Assembly (NCBI GenBank): GCA_902568465.1
Contig: CACFQR010000001.1
Span: 100,525 to 164,524, forward strand
DNA length: 64,000 bases
DNA from: an uncultured Pelagibacteraceae bacterium
Lineage (GTDB): Bacteria > Pseudomonadota > Alphaproteobacteria > Pelagibacterales > Pelagibacteraceae
Direction: 5' to 3'
Under the pieces are notes generated by a model. It was not told where the DNA came from and searched no databases. It saw only the letters and a program-made list of their open reading frames with translations. Position 1 is the first letter of the stretch. Each line of letters starts with the position of its first letter. The position numbers and the translations under genes were made by a program. Positions 38,871-50,134 of the stretch are shown piece by piece.

Positions 38871-40541
38871 ATGAACAAACAAGATCTAGAAATTAAGCAA
38901 ATTATTACTTTGGCCTATGAAAATCATAGGAAAAATAATTTACGACTTGCAGAAAGCCTTTATAAAAAAATATTGAAAATAGATACTAAATATTTTGATG
39001 CAATTTTTTTGTTAGGAACTTTACTTCTACAAAAAAAAAATTATGAAGAATCTATTAAACTTTTTCATCAAGCTTTAGAAATCAGACCTAACGATGCTAA
39101 TACTAACAATAATTTAGGCCATGCTTATGTGCAAACTGCGGAAGCGCAAAAAGCTAAATTATTATTTAAAAAAGCAATCGAGATCCAGCCTGAACACGCA
39201 GATGCTTATTATAATTTAGCGAATGTACACAAACACTTTGGTGAATTTATAGAAGCTGAAAAATACTATAAACAATCAATTGCGGTTAAGCCTAATAACC
39301 CAAAAGCTCATAACAATCTGGGAAATATTTTAAAAGAACTGGGTAAATTTGATGAAGCTATTTCCTCTTATAATAAAGCAATAGAAATTCAATTTAATCA
39401 TGCCAACGCCTATCATAATCTTGGGCATACTTATAAGCAGTTAGGTAAATTTGAAGATGCTAAGAAATATTACAAAATTTCGTTACAACATAATCCCACA
39501 AATTTAGAAACATTTTCAGTTCTTTCGGATCTAAACAAAGAAGTAATAAGTGTTGATACAGTTAATAAAGTTAAAAAAATTATGGAAATCAAAAATATTT
39601 CAAAAAAAGACATAGCATATGGAAATTTTGTATTAGCAAAGCACGAATTTCAACAAGGCAATTTTGAAAAGGAATTAGAATTTTTACAAAAAGGGCATTC
39701 TAATTATTTTAGTTATAAAAATAAACTTTTCCAAAAAGGGTTAAATTACTGGCTGAAAGAAGTCCCCGAAAATAATGAGCTATTAAATTTAGGTAAAAAT
39801 AATAAAACTTTAAAAAATGAAAAAATAAAACCAATATTTATAGTTGGCGTCCCTAGATGTGGTTCAACAATGATAGAAAAAGTTTTAGCTTCAGGACCTA
39901 AAAAAATTCCAATTGGTGAAGAGACAGCCATTATAAGTTTTGAAGTTGGAGAGCATATCAGCCAAAAAAAATCAATCAGTAATAATATTCAAGATTTTGC
40001 AAACAGAGTAATAAAAAGATACGAACAAAAAAAATTACTAGGAATTCAGAAAGAAAATATTTTTACTGACAAATCGCTTGATAATTTCTTTTTTATCGGT
40101 CTCATTCGCGAAATTTTTCCAGATGCAAAAATTATAAATTGCGAAAGAAATAGCTTGTCTTCTATAGTTTCTATATTAAAAAATAACTTAGGTGACGTTG
40201 CGTGGGCCCATGATGTAAAAAATATTTTTAATTTTTTTGACATTTACCATAAGAAGATCGAATATTTTAAGAAAAAATTTCCAAATTATATCTATGAGCT
40301 AAAGCTTGAAGAATTTGTTAAAGAGCCAGAAGCTGAGTCTAAAAAACTAATGGAATTTTGTGATTTACCCTGGAGCAAGGAGTGTTTAGAGTTTTATAAA
40401 AGAAAAGATCTCACATCTAGAACTGCAAGTAATGTGCAAATTAGGCAGCCAATCTTTAGAGATACTCAATCACGTCAAATTCCATATGAACAATTACTTA
40501 GTAAATATGGAAATAAGTTTAGTTGGTTTAATAAAAAATGA
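38871..40541 (+). CDS. TPR-repeat protein fused to a sulfotransferase domain
   Basis: Six or more TPR units (A..Y.KA(I/L)EI.P...A..NLG) in residues about 1-215. The C-terminal half has a PAPS 5'-phosphosulfate-binding-loop-like VGVPRCGSTM motif. Confidence 0.75.
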   Translation: MNKQDLEIKQIITLAYENHRKNNLRLAESLYKKILKIDTKYFDAIFLLGTLLLQKKNYEESIKLFHQALEIRPNDANTNNNLGHAYVQTAEAQKAKLLFKKAIEIQPEHADAYYNLANVHKHFGEFIEAEKYYKQSIAVKPNNPKAHNNLGNILKELGKFDEAISSYNKAIEIQFNHANAYHNLGHTYKQLGKFEDAKKYYKISLQHNPTNLETFSVLSDLNKEVISVDTVNKVKKIMEIKNISKKDIAYGNFVLAKHEFQQGNFEKELEFLQKGHSNYFSYKNKLFQKGLNYWLKEVPENNELLNLGKNNKTLKNEKIKPIFIVGVPRCGSTMIEKVLASGPKKIPIGEETAIISFEVGEHISQKKSISNNIQDFANRVIKRYEQKKLLGIQKENIFTDKSLDNFFFIGLIREIFPDAKIINCERNSLSSIVSILKNNLGDVAWAHDVKNIFNFFDIYHKKIEYFKKKFPNYIYELKLEEFVKEPEAESKKLMEFCDLPWSKECLEFYKRKDLTSRTASNVQIRQPIFRDTQSRQIPYEQLLSKYGNKFSWFNKK

Positions 40542-41869
40542 CAATTTACGCTTTATCAAGTGGACCAGGCGCCTCAGGAATTGCAGTAATAAGAGTTTCA
40601 GGTAAAGATACAGCAAAAGTTATTAAAAAATTAACAAGATCAAAATTACCACGACCTAGAGTAGCCACACTCAAAAAGTTCAATAAAAATGGGGGAAAAG
40701 AGCTGATTGATGAAGGGGTAATTATATGGTTTCCTGGCCCAAATAGCTACACAGGTGAAGATTTAGCGGAATTCCATGTCCATGGTAGCCGTGCAGTTAT
40801 CAAAGCAATGCATAAAGCTATATCCGGAACAAAAAATTGTCGATTAGCTGAACCTGGAGAGTTTACTAAACTCGCATTTCAAAATGGAAGAATAAATTTA
40901 TTAAAAGCAGAAAGTATTGGAGATTTAATTTCAGCTGAAACGGAAATTCAGAGAAAACAAGCTCTCAAAATTATGAGTGGAAAATCATCCGAGAAATTTG
41001 AATTATGGAGAAAGAAACTTTTAAAAATTTTATCTCATGTAGAGGCAAAAATTGATTTTCCTGATGAGGATTTGCCTAAAAATATTATAAAAGAAATACA
41101 AGCTACATCGAACACTATATTAAAGGAAATTAAAAAAACCTTAGATGATCAAAAAGTAGGTGAAAGAATTAGAGAGGGCTTTAAAATAGCGATTGTTGGT
41201 CCACCAAATTCGGGCAAATCTAGTTTATTAAATTACCTTTCAAAACGTGATGTTGCCATTGTCTCTGAAACAGCTGGAACAACAAGAGATGTTATAGAAA
41301 CCCACTTAAATCTTGATGGGTACCCTGTAATAGTATCTGACACTGCAGGAATTAGAAGTTCAAAAAATGAAATTGAAAAAAAAGGAATTAAAATAGCTTT
41401 AAAAAGGGCAGAGGATGCAGATTTAAACCTAGTTATAGTATCTGCAAAAAACGTTGTTTTTACAAGTGTTTTGAAGAATTTACTAGCAAAAAATGCTATT
41501 TTAGTCATTAATAAATCAGATTTATTAAAAAGAAAGTTAAATAGTAAATTTAAAAAATATAAGCATGTTTTAATATCTATTAAAAAAGACGTAAATTTAA
41601 ATAAATTAATCACAAAAATAAAAAGTAAATTAAAAAATAAATTTACAACAACTGAAGATATTTTAATTACCAGGGAAAGACATAGACAAAGTTTAATTAA
41701 CTGTGTTGGACATTTAGAAAAATTTCAAAAGAAAAAATTAGCTCAAGATTTCGATAAAGCAGCCGAAGATTTAAGGTTGGCAACAAGACATCTTGGAATG
41801 ATCGTTGGAAAAGTAGATGTAGAGGAGCTATTAGGTAGCATTTTCAACGATTTTTGCATTGGCAAATAA
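40538..41869 (+). CDS. mnmE: tRNA modification GTPase MnmE
   Basis: G1 motif (GPPNSGKSS), DTAGIR, and the C-terminal FCIGK motif. Confidence 0.95.
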   Translation: MTIYALSSGPGASGIAVIRVSGKDTAKVIKKLTRSKLPRPRVATLKKFNKNGGKELIDEGVIIWFPGPNSYTGEDLAEFHVHGSRAVIKAMHKAISGTKNCRLAEPGEFTKLAFQNGRINLLKAESIGDLISAETEIQRKQALKIMSGKSSEKFELWRKKLLKILSHVEAKIDFPDEDLPKNIIKEIQATSNTILKEIKKTLDDQKVGERIREGFKIAIVGPPNSGKSSLLNYLSKRDVAIVSETAGTTRDVIETHLNLDGYPVIVSDTAGIRSSKNEIEKKGIKIALKRAEDADLNLVIVSAKNVVFTSVLKNLLAKNAILVINKSDLLKRKLNSKFKKYKHVLISIKKDVNLNKLITKIKSKLKNKFTTTEDILITRERHRQSLINCVGHLEKFQKKKLAQDFDKAAEDLRLATRHLGMIVGKVDVEELLGSIFNDFCIGK

Positions 41870-41916
41870 TACAGTAATCAGCTTGTAAATCCATATATCA
41901 TCTATAAATTCAAGCT

Positions 41917-43791
41917 ATGAAAGATGATTTATCATTTGATATAGTAGTTATAGGTGGTGGGCATGCAGGGTGTGAAGCTGCTGCTGCCTCAGCTCGAATG
42001 GGAGTTACCACAGGTCTTTTTACTCACAAAATAGAAACGATAGGAGAGATGTCTTGTAACCCTGCTATTGGCGGTCTAGGTAAAGGACACCTTGTGAAAG
42101 AGATTGATGCTTTAGATGGAGTCATGGGTGTTGTGGCTGACAAATCAGGAATTCAATTTAGATTATTAAATAGAAGTAGAGGCCCTGCTGTGCGAGGTCC
42201 AAGAACCCAATCAGACCGCGCATTATATAAGAAATATATGCAAGAAACACTCCTAAGTTATTGTAATTTAAGGGTATTTTCGGATCCTGTAATTCAGTTC
42301 ATTTTTAATAAAAATCAAGTAATTGGCTTCCAGACAAAGTCCGGAAAAAAAATAAATTGTAAAAAAATGATTTTAACAACAGGAACTTTTCTAAATGGTC
42401 TCATTCATATAGGTGACGAAAGAACCCCAGCGGGACGCCATAATGAAAAGCCTTCGACAGGATTAAGCGAACAGTTAGAAAAATTCAAAATGAAATTAGG
42501 AAGATTAAAAACAGGAACTCCTCCACGATTAGATGGTTCTACAATTGACTATAAAAATTTAGAAAAACAAGATGCTGATACGCAACCTGAATTTTTTTCT
42601 TTTTTAACAACAAAAATATACAACAAACAAATTGCTTGTAGTGTTACTTATACAAATAAAAAAGTTCACGAGATAATAAAAAAAAATATTAAAAAAAGCG
42701 CAATGTACTCAGGAAGCATTAAGGGAGTAGGACCTAGATATTGTCCTTCTATTGAAGATAAGATAGTAAAATTTTCTGATAAGACGCGCCACCAAATTTT
42801 TTTAGAACCCGAAGGGTTAGATGACAAAACAGTTTATCCAAATGGTATTTCTACTTCTTTACCAGCTGATGTGCAGGCTGAAATATTGAGTAAAATCAGT
42901 GGGTTAGAGCGTACTCGTATAATCAGACCAGGATATGCTATCGAGTACGACTATGTTGACCCAAGAGAGCTATTTTCTACTTTAGAAACAAAAAAAATTA
43001 AATCTCTTTATCTTGCTGGACAAATTAATGGAACAACAGGATATGAAGAAGCAGCTGCACAGGGTTTAATGGCAGGAATTAATGCAGCACTTGCAATTAA
43101 AAAGCAGGAGCCTCTAATTTTAGATCGCGCACAAGCTTACATTGGAGTTATGATAGATGATCTGGTTACAAAAGGTGTTGCTGAACCCTATCGAATGTTT
43201 ACATCCCGAGCTGAATACAGACTTAGTCTAAGAGCTGACAATGCGGATGTAAGACTAACTCAATTAGGAATTAATATAGGGTTAGTTCAAAGTAAAAGAG
43301 CGCAAATTTTTACTAAAAAAGTTAATAAAATCAACGAGTTAAGTAATATTTTAAAAAGCCTTAAAATATCACCTAATGAGGCAGAGAAATTCAATATTAA
43401 AATTGCAAAAGACGGTGTCAAAAGATCTGCCTTTGAAATTTTATCAAGAGATGGTGTATCTTTTGATAAACTAAGGTCAATCTGGAATAAAATTCCTAAA
43501 GCATCAAGAGATGAGGAAGAACAAATAGAAATAAGTGCTCATTATTCCGGATATCTTGATAAACAGGAGGCTGATATTATTGCATTTAGAAGAGATGAAA
43601 ATTTAACAATACCAAATGATATAAATTATTCTAAGTTAAGCGGTTTATCTAATGAAGTTAAAAGCAAATTTAAGCAAATAAGGCCAAAAACATTAGGACA
43701 AGCGCTAAGAATAGATGGAATCACCCCGGCAGCAGCCTATATTCTGCTTTCTCACGTAAAAAAAGGCCAAAAAAAGCTTAAAAGAGCTTAA
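41917..43791 (+). CDS. mnmG: tRNA uridine 5-carboxymethylaminomethyl modification enzyme MnmG (GidA)
   Basis: [20 protein letters not shown], and [11 protein letters not shown] motifs. Confidence 0.97.
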   Translation: MKDDLSFDIVVIGGGHAGCEAAAASARMGVTTGLFTHKIETIGEMSCNPAIGGLGKGHLVKEIDALDGVMGVVADKSGIQFRLLNRSRGPAVRGPRTQSDRALYKKYMQETLLSYCNLRVFSDPVIQFIFNKNQVIGFQTKSGKKINCKKMILTTGTFLNGLIHIGDERTPAGRHNEKPSTGLSEQLEKFKMKLGRLKTGTPPRLDGSTIDYKNLEKQDADTQPEFFSFLTTKIYNKQIACSVTYTNKKVHEIIKKNIKKSAMYSGSIKGVGPRYCPSIEDKIVKFSDKTRHQIFLEPEGLDDKTVYPNGISTSLPADVQAEILSKISGLERTRIIRPGYAIEYDYVDPRELFSTLETKKIKSLYLAGQINGTTGYEEAAAQGLMAGINAALAIKKQEPLILDRAQAYIGVMIDDLVTKGVAEPYRMFTSRAEYRLSLRADNADVRLTQLGINIGLVQSKRAQIFTKKVNKINELSNILKSLKISPNEAEKFNIKIAKDGVKRSAFEILSRDGVSFDKLRSIWNKIPKASRDEEEQIEISAHYSGYLDKQEADIIAFRRDENLTIPNDINYSKLSGLSNEVKSKFKQIRPKTLGQALRIDGITPAAAYILLSHVKKGQKKLKRA

Positions 43792-44427
43792 ATGGTTAGA
43801 GAAACCCAGATTGACACATTCAGTAGATTCACTCAAGTTTCACGTGAAACAATCATAAGTTTAAAGATATATGAAAATAAGCTTATTAATAGTAATAAAA
43901 AGCTAAATTTAATAGGTAAATCTACCATAGACAATATATGGATTAGACATTTTTTAGATAGTGCACAAGTCATTGATTTTATTGATAAAAAAAATAAAAC
44001 CTTGATAGACATAGGTTCTGGAGCAGGTTTTCCAGGTTTAATATTAGGAATTTTATTAAAGGATCGAAAAATTCCATTTAAAGTAAAATTATTAGAGAAA
44101 AGTCCAAAGAAAGCAAAATTTTTAAATGATGTTATTAGTGAGCTTAGCCTAGATGCTGAGGTAATAGAAAAAAATATTTTTGAATATTCAAAACAATTAT
44201 CAGAAGATGTCTTTGTCGCTAGGGCGTTTAAGCCATTAAACATAATTTTAAAACTTATTCACAATCAACCTATAAATTTCAAAAAATTTTTTATTTTTCT
44301 CGGAAAAACAGGAAAAAAAGAATTAATAGAAGCTTCTAAATTTTGGGATATTGAGTATAAGCAAAGGGTAAGTGTTACTAATAGTGATTCGATTGTTATA
44401 GAAATTGATAGGATTAAAAAAAAGTAA
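43792..44427 (+). CDS. rsmG: 16S rRNA (guanine527-N7)-methyltransferase RsmG (GidB)
   Basis: IWIRHFLDS and a SAM-binding motif (DIGSGAGFPG). Confidence 0.9.
   Translation: MVRETQIDTFSRFTQVSRETIISLKIYENKLINSNKKLNLIGKSTIDNIWIRHFLDSAQVIDFIDKKNKTLIDIGSGAGFPGLILGILLKDRKIPFKVKLLEKSPKKAKFLNDVISELSLDAEVIEKNIFEYSKQLSEDVFVARAFKPLNIILKLIHNQPINFKKFFIFLGKTGKKELIEASKFWDIEYKQRVSVTNSDSIVIEIDRIKKK
43836..43851. promoter_or_regulatory. parS centromere-like site
   Basis: AGTTTCACGTGAAACA matches the canonical TGTTTCACGTGAAACA at 15 of 16 positions, with a perfect 14-bp palindromic core. It lies inside the 5' end of rsmG, about 0.6 kb upstream of parA. Confidence 0.8.
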
Positions 44428-45229
44428 ATTGAAAAATACTCAAATTATTTCGGTAATAAATCAAAAAGGTGGAGTAGGAAAAACCACTACAGTTATAAAC
44501 CTAGCTACCTCACTCTCTCTTCAAAATAAAAAAATTTTGGTAATTGATCTTGATCCACAAGGAAATGCTACAACGGGATTTGGTTTATCAAATACAGATA
44601 ATGACAAAACTATCTATGATGTTCTGAATGGCAATTCAGCATTTGAAGATGCAATTAGAGACACTAAAATTAATAATTTAAAACTTGTCTCATCCAACGT
44701 AGATCTTTCAGGTTTGGAAGTTGAAACAGCAAGTGAAAATAGAAGAGCCTTTTTATTAAAAGATAAAATTGAAAATTATATTAATAGTCCCAAAAATGAA
44801 TTTTCATATGTTTTTATTGACTGTCCTCCCTCATTAAGTTTGCTTACGGTTATGTCGCTCGTTGTAGCAAAATCTCTCATAGTGCCACTCCAGGCCGAAT
44901 TTTTTGCACTGGAAGGTTTAAGTCAACTAGTTAAAACTATAGACAGAGTTAAAATTAAACTGAACCCTGAGTTAGTAATCAGAGGAGTACTTTTAACAAT
45001 GTTTGACAAAAGAAATAAGCTTTCATCACAAGTTGATTCTGAAGCTAGAAAATTTTTTAATGAAAAAGTTTACCAAACTCAAATACCCCGGAATGTAAGG
45101 CTTTCAGAGGCCCCCTCACATGGAATTCCCGTTGTAATTTATGATAAATTATGTGCAGGTAGTAAAGCTTACTCTAGTTTTGCTGAAGAATTTTTAAAAC
45201 AAGAAAACATTATGGAAAGCGCTGCTTAA
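44405..45229 (+). CDS. parA: Chromosome partitioning ATPase ParA (Soj)
   Basis: Deviant Walker A (NQKGGVGKTT). The start is either TTG at 44405, which overlaps rsmG, or the in-frame TTG at 44429, one nt after the rsmG stop. Confidence 0.92.
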   Translation: MIGLKKSKLKNTQIISVINQKGGVGKTTTVINLATSLSLQNKKILVIDLDPQGNATTGFGLSNTDNDKTIYDVLNGNSAFEDAIRDTKINNLKLVSSNVDLSGLEVETASENRRAFLLKDKIENYINSPKNEFSYVFIDCPPSLSLLTVMSLVVAKSLIVPLQAEFFALEGLSQLVKTIDRVKIKLNPELVIRGVLLTMFDKRNKLSSQVDSEARKFFNEKVYQTQIPRNVRLSEAPSHGIPVVIYDKLCAGSKAYSSFAEEFLKQENIMESAA

Positions 45230-46077
45230 TGATTGAAAATCGTCTTAAAAAAGGTCTTGGTCGTGGACTTTCTTCTTTGCTGGGTGACTCATCTAAAAAA
45301 ATACAAACTAATAAGGTCGCTATTAAAGATTTAGTCAGAAATCAATATCAACCAAGAAAACACTTTAGTAAAGAAAGTTTAGAAGAACTAAGTTTATCAA
45401 TAAAAGAACAGGGTGTGATCCAGCCAATTATTGTTCGTCCAGATAAATCTTCCGAGGGGAAATATGAGATAATAGCTGGAGAACGTAGATGGTTAGCATC
45501 TCAAAATGCCGGCTTACATGAAGTTCCAGTTGTTGTTTTAGATGTTGATGATGTTAAATCTCTTGAGTTTGCAATAGTTGAAAATGTTCAAAGACAGGAT
45601 TTAAATCCTATTGAAGAATCTAGAGGCTATCAAAAATTAATAGATGATTTTAATTATAACCAAGAAAAATTATCAAAGTTTATTGGTAAAAGTAGAAGCT
45701 ACATAGCAAATTCATTAAGATTATTAGCACTTCCAGAAGAAGTTTTAGTTATGGTTGAAAAAGGAGAAATATCAGCAGGACACGCAAGGTCTTTGATCGG
45801 TTTAAATAATGTTATTGAAATAGCAAAGAAAATTATAAGCAAAAAACTTTCTGTAAGACAAACAGAAATATTGTCTAGACAATTTAGAAACAAAAAATTG
45901 AAAATTATTCACAAAAAGGACTCAAATTTATTAGATTTACAAAAATCAATAGAAGAAAAAACTGGTTTAAATGTAAATATAAGCAATAAAAAAGATAATT
46001 CAGGTACAATAACTTTTGAATATAAAGATCTAGATCAGCTAGATAAAATTATAAAAATTATAAAGAATAACTACTAG
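45229..46077 (+). CDS. parB: Chromosome partitioning protein ParB (Spo0J)
   Basis: GLGRGLSSLL, QPRK, GERRWLAS, and an HTH region. Confidence 0.95.
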   Translation: MIENRLKKGLGRGLSSLLGDSSKKIQTNKVAIKDLVRNQYQPRKHFSKESLEELSLSIKEQGVIQPIIVRPDKSSEGKYEIIAGERRWLASQNAGLHEVPVVVLDVDDVKSLEFAIVENVQRQDLNPIEESRGYQKLIDDFNYNQEKLSKFIGKSRSYIANSLRLLALPEEVLVMVEKGEISAGHARSLIGLNNVIEIAKKIISKKLSVRQTEILSRQFRNKKLKIIHKKDSNLLDLQKSIEEKTGLNVNISNKKDNSGTITFEYKDLDQLDKIIKIIKNNY

Positions 46078-47068
46078 CTTTTTTACATATTCTTGTAAAA
46101 AAATTGAAGAAAACAATTTTTGAAACTTGCGGATTTTTTTTACAAAGAAGTTCAGCTTTATTAATTTCGGATATAATATTTTTTAGATCACTCGTTTTCC
46201 AGATATTGAGCTGTTTTTTTACAATAGGTTTTTCTTTCCAAAAAATCGGAGGTTTTAATGCATTAAGTAAACCATCTAAATCATTATATTTTTTTTCAGT
46301 TTTTTTAATATTGAGTAGTCTATTTATTTTATTACTCATAATTCTAAAGAAAAAAGTTTGATTTAAAGTATTTTCATATAATTCCGATAAAATTTTTTTG
46401 TATTCTAAAACATTTCCACTTAAGCATTCATTAACAAAGCTATCAGATTTGTATTCTCCGGAAAAATTTATTAGCGATTTAATATTATCTATTTCTAAAT
46501 TTTTATTATTCATTGAAAATGCTTTAATTTTATCTATTTCATTTTTTAAGTTGTTACGATCACTATTAGATTTTTCAATTAATAAATTAACAGATTCTTG
46601 TGACAAACTAATATTATTTTTCCTCAGTTCATTTCTTGCAATTATTTCTAGATCTCTGTTGTTATCTAAATAGCATGGAACACAAAGTGTTTGTTTTTCC
46701 TTTTCAAAAAAATTTCTTAACTTAGATTTTTTATCTAGTATATTTGAAATAATAATCATACAAACACCCACTGGAAACTTTTCGGAAATTTCTTCTATTT
46801 CGTTAAATATTTTATCAGACGCACCATTTATTATTATAATTTTTTCTTTTGTAAATAGTGATGCTGAATATATGGTATTATAAAATTTTTCTTTATCACT
46901 TATTATATTGTTTTCGTAAAAAGATAAAAGTTCGGCATCCTGCTTATTTTTTGCAATTAGAAATTTAATTTCTTTTTTTAAGCCTTCATTTTCACCATAT
47001 AATAAAAATAAATTATATTTAAAATAAAAACTTGGCTTCTTCGATATTTCATAACTTTTAGCTATCAT
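46058..47068 (-). CDS. holA: DNA polymerase III delta subunit
   Basis: About 335 aa, a HolA-like N-terminus (LLYGENEGL), and the conserved leuS-lptE-holA order. Confidence 0.8.
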   Translation of the reverse strand: MIAKSYEISKKPSFYFKYNLFLLYGENEGLKKEIKFLIAKNKQDAELLSFYENNIISDKEKFYNTIYSASLFTKEKIIIINGASDKIFNEIEEISEKFPVGVCMIIISNILDKKSKLRNFFEKEKQTLCVPCYLDNNRDLEIIARNELRKNNISLSQESVNLLIEKSNSDRNNLKNEIDKIKAFSMNNKNLEIDNIKSLINFSGEYKSDSFVNECLSGNVLEYKKILSELYENTLNQTFFFRIMSNKINRLLNIKKTEKKYNDLDGLLNALKPPIFWKEKPIVKKQLNIWKTSDLKNIISEINKAELLCKKNPQVSKIVFFNFFTRICKKASSYSL

Positions 47069-47071
47069 TTT

Positions 47072-47557
47072 CTAAATTCTTTGTGAAAGTTTTATAAGTA
47101 ATTCTTGATATATGTTGTCTATTAAATTTTTAATAATTTTGTTTTCTTGAATTATAGTATCAGAATATTGGTCCTGTATTTTATAGCTCGATGAATGAGT
47201 AAAGTTTTGATCTAATATTTTTTCATTATTCTGATTATTTTCTACCTCAATTTTACTGGTAATTGTAATTTTGTATTCTAAAATTTTTCCAGTAGAACTT
47301 GTTGCAGTTGCACTTTTATCTTTTACAATATCTATTTTAACACTGAGCATTTTTGCATCTGGATTATTTTTTTGAGCTCTAGACATATTTTCCATTTTTA
47401 AATAAAGTTGTTTTCCTAACTTTTGGTCGCCAGTAATGGAACTTTTTGTAATTTTAAATTTCATATCTTGGGAGTTAAATATTGGTTTATAACCAGTACA
47501 TCCAGTGAGGAAAATTAGCAAAATTATTGATGTGGCCAATAAAGTTATTTTTTTCAT
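47072..47557 (-). CDS. lptE: LPS-assembly lipoprotein LptE
   Basis: Lipobox (LTGCTGYKP), size, and position between leuS and holA. Confidence 0.65.
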   Translation of the reverse strand: MKKITLLATSIILLIFLTGCTGYKPIFNSQDMKFKITKSSITGDQKLGKQLYLKMENMSRAQKNNPDAKMLSVKIDIVKDKSATATSSTGKILEYKITITSKIEVENNQNNEKILDQNFTHSSSYKIQDQYSDTIIQENKIIKNLIDNIYQELLIKLSQRI

Positions 47558-50100
47558 TTTTCGGTTATAAAATTTATTAATTTATTTTTTAAATATATAT
47601 TTTTTATTACTTTTACATTTTCTACATGTTTGGAAACATTATCAATAGTTTTTGCCTTTTCTATTACTAAATTTTCCTTAGAGTTTATTGGCATACTAAA
47701 TATACCTCTCTTTTTTCCATTTACTTGAACAACTATTTTACACTCCTCTTCTTCTAATAGAGCCGGATTGTAAATAGGCCAATAAAATTTTTTATTTATT
47801 GTTTCGCAACACTCGTGTGCTAAATGAGGAATAAGTGGCATTAGTAGCATTATTATTTTTTCCCATTCTGCTTTTAAGATTTTTCCAGAGATTTTATTAT
47901 TTGTTACATATTCGTTAATTAAATTATAAATTTCATGTAAATTTGCTACGACAACGTTATATTGAAAATTTTCTAGATTTTTAGTTACATTATAAATAGT
48001 TTTATTAACCGCTTTTTTCATATTAATATCTTCAGGTTTTTTAGTTTCATCTTTTTTATTTAATATTTCATTATGTAATCTCCAAAGTTTTTGAATAAAT
48101 TTGTGTGACGCAGAAACTCCCTCAACCGACCATTGCACATCTCTTTCTGGCGGACTATCCGATAACATAAACCATCTAATTGAATCTGCTCCATAAATAC
48201 TTACCATTTCACCAGGATCTACAATATTTTTTTTTGATTTAGACATTGATTCAGAAGGTCCGACATAAACTTTTTTCTTATTTTTTTTTGCTATATAAGT
48301 ACTATCTGGTTTTTTTTCTACTTCAAAAGGATATAGCCATTTATTATCTTCACTCTTATAAGTTTCGTGGCACACCATTCCCTGAGTAAATAAATTTTCA
48401 AATGGTTCGGTGTAAGTAAATTCTTTGTTATTATGTGATAAAGCCTTCATAAAAAATCTTGAATACAGTAAATGTAAAATAGCATGTTCCACTCCCCCAA
48501 TATATTGATCAACTGGCATCCAGTATTTAATATCATCTATTTCATAACCGTACTTTTTGCTTTTAGGAGAACAAAATCTTAAAAAATACCAAGAAGAATC
48601 CACAAATGTATCAAGTGTGTCTGTCTCTCTTATAAGTGTTTCGCCATCAGTGCTTTTGGTATATTTCCAATTAGGATGTTTATCTAGTGGATTTCCTCTT
48701 GCATTTAAGTCCACATCATCAGGAAGTAATACAGGTAAATTTTCTTTTTTTTCTGGAAATGCTTCACCTTTTTTGTTGTACAAAATAGGAATGGGACATC
48801 CCCAGTACCTCTGTCGTGACACCCCCCAGTCCTTTAAACGAAAAGTTATTTTTTTTTCACCTAATTTTTTTTCACTAATTACTTCTATAATCTTCTTAAT
48901 ACCTTCATTTACATTGAGACCATTCAAAAAATCTGAATTAAATAGAACTCCATCTTCTGTAAATGCAGTCTTATCAATAATAAATTTTTCAGTATTAAAG
49001 TTTTCTGGCTTAACAACTGGTAAAACTTCTAGCTTATACTTATTGGCAAAATCTAAATCCCGCTGATCATGTGCTGGGCATCCAAATATCGCACCTGTTC
49101 CATAATCCATTAACACAAAATTAGCGATATAAATTGGAAGTTTTTTACTTTTTTTAAAGGGATGTAAAGCAAATAAATCTGTATTGAAGCCAAGCTTTTC
49201 TGCATTGGCAAGAGCTTCTTCTGTGGTTCCTATTTTTGAACATTCAGATTTAAAAGAAATAAAATTTTTATCTTTTTCAAATTGTTTTGCAATAGGATGG
49301 TCTACAGAAATTGCAATAAAGGAAGCTCCAAATATTGTGTCAGGTCTGGTTGTAAAAACTTTTATTTTATTTAATATATTTTTATTATCTATTTCAAAAT
49401 TAATCTCACAACCAAAAGATTTACCTATCCAGTTTTTTTGCATTAATTTAACTTTTTCTGGCCAATTTTTCAAATTATCGAGTTCATCTAATAAATCTTG
49501 GGAAAATTTTTTAATGTTAAAAAACCATTGAGAAAGTTTTTTTCTTTCTACAGGAACACCAGAACGCCATCCTTTTCCATTAATTACCTGCTCGTTTGCT
49601 AAAACTGTTTGCTCCTCTGGGTCCCAATTGACATAATTATCTTTTTTATAAACTAAGTCTTTTTTAAACAGTTCTAAAAAAAATTCTTGTTGGTGTTTGT
49701 AATATTCTGGTTCACAAGTGGATATTTCACGATCCCAATCTAAAGAAAATCCGAGCTGCTTTAATTGTACTTTCATATTTTTTATATTTTCTTTTGTCCA
49801 TTCTTTAGGATGAAGGTTATTTTCTCTCGCAGCGTTCTCTGCTGGCAAACCGAAGGAGTCCCATCCCATAGGATGTAGGACATTGAAACCTTGAAGTTTT
49901 TTATACCGTGCTAGAACATCGCCAATTGTATAATTTCTGACATGTCCCATATGGATTTTTCCAGAAGGGTAAGGAAACATTTCTAGACAATAAAACTTTT
50001 TTTTACTTTTATCTTTTTCTGCTTTATGAGTATTATTTTTTGACCAGAAATTTTGCCATTTTTTTTCAACTGCTTTTATATTATACCTTTCCATAAGCAA
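47554..50100 (-). CDS. leuS: Leucyl-tRNA synthetase
   Basis: HMGH (HIGH-type) and KMSKS (SMSKSKKN) motifs, full length. Confidence 0.97.
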   Translation of the reverse strand: MLMERYNIKAVEKKWQNFWSKNNTHKAEKDKSKKKFYCLEMFPYPSGKIHMGHVRNYTIGDVLARYKKLQGFNVLHPMGWDSFGLPAENAARENNLHPKEWTKENIKNMKVQLKQLGFSLDWDREISTCEPEYYKHQQEFFLELFKKDLVYKKDNYVNWDPEEQTVLANEQVINGKGWRSGVPVERKKLSQWFFNIKKFSQDLLDELDNLKNWPEKVKLMQKNWIGKSFGCEINFEIDNKNILNKIKVFTTRPDTIFGASFIAISVDHPIAKQFEKDKNFISFKSECSKIGTTEEALANAEKLGFNTDLFALHPFKKSKKLPIYIANFVLMDYGTGAIFGCPAHDQRDLDFANKYKLEVLPVVKPENFNTEKFIIDKTAFTEDGVLFNSDFLNGLNVNEGIKKIIEVISEKKLGEKKITFRLKDWGVSRQRYWGCPIPILYNKKGEAFPEKKENLPVLLPDDVDLNARGNPLDKHPNWKYTKSTDGETLIRETDTLDTFVDSSWYFLRFCSPKSKKYGYEIDDIKYWMPVDQYIGGVEHAILHLLYSRFFMKALSHNNKEFTYTEPFENLFTQGMVCHETYKSEDNKWLYPFEVEKKPDSTYIAKKNKKKVYVGPSESMSKSKKNIVDPGEMVSIYGADSIRWFMLSDSPPERDVQWSVEGVSASHKFIQKLWRLHNEILNKKDETKKPEDINMKKAVNKTIYNVTKNLENFQYNVVVANLHEIYNLINEYVTNNKISGKILKAEWEKIIMLLMPLIPHLAHECCETINKKFYWPIYNPALLEEEECKIVVQVNGKKRGIFSMPINSKENLVIEKAKTIDNVSKHVENVKVIKNIYLKNKLINFITEK

Positions 50101-50134
50101 GAAACTTAAATTTTCATAATTTTAGAAAAGTTTT

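Noticed and set aside
41880-41916. Inverted repeat AGCTTG...CAAGCT (6-bp arms, 25-nt loop) abutting the mnmG start codon.
   Set aside because: The arms are short, the loop is long, and there is no U-tract, so it is too weak to call a terminator or regulatory hairpin.
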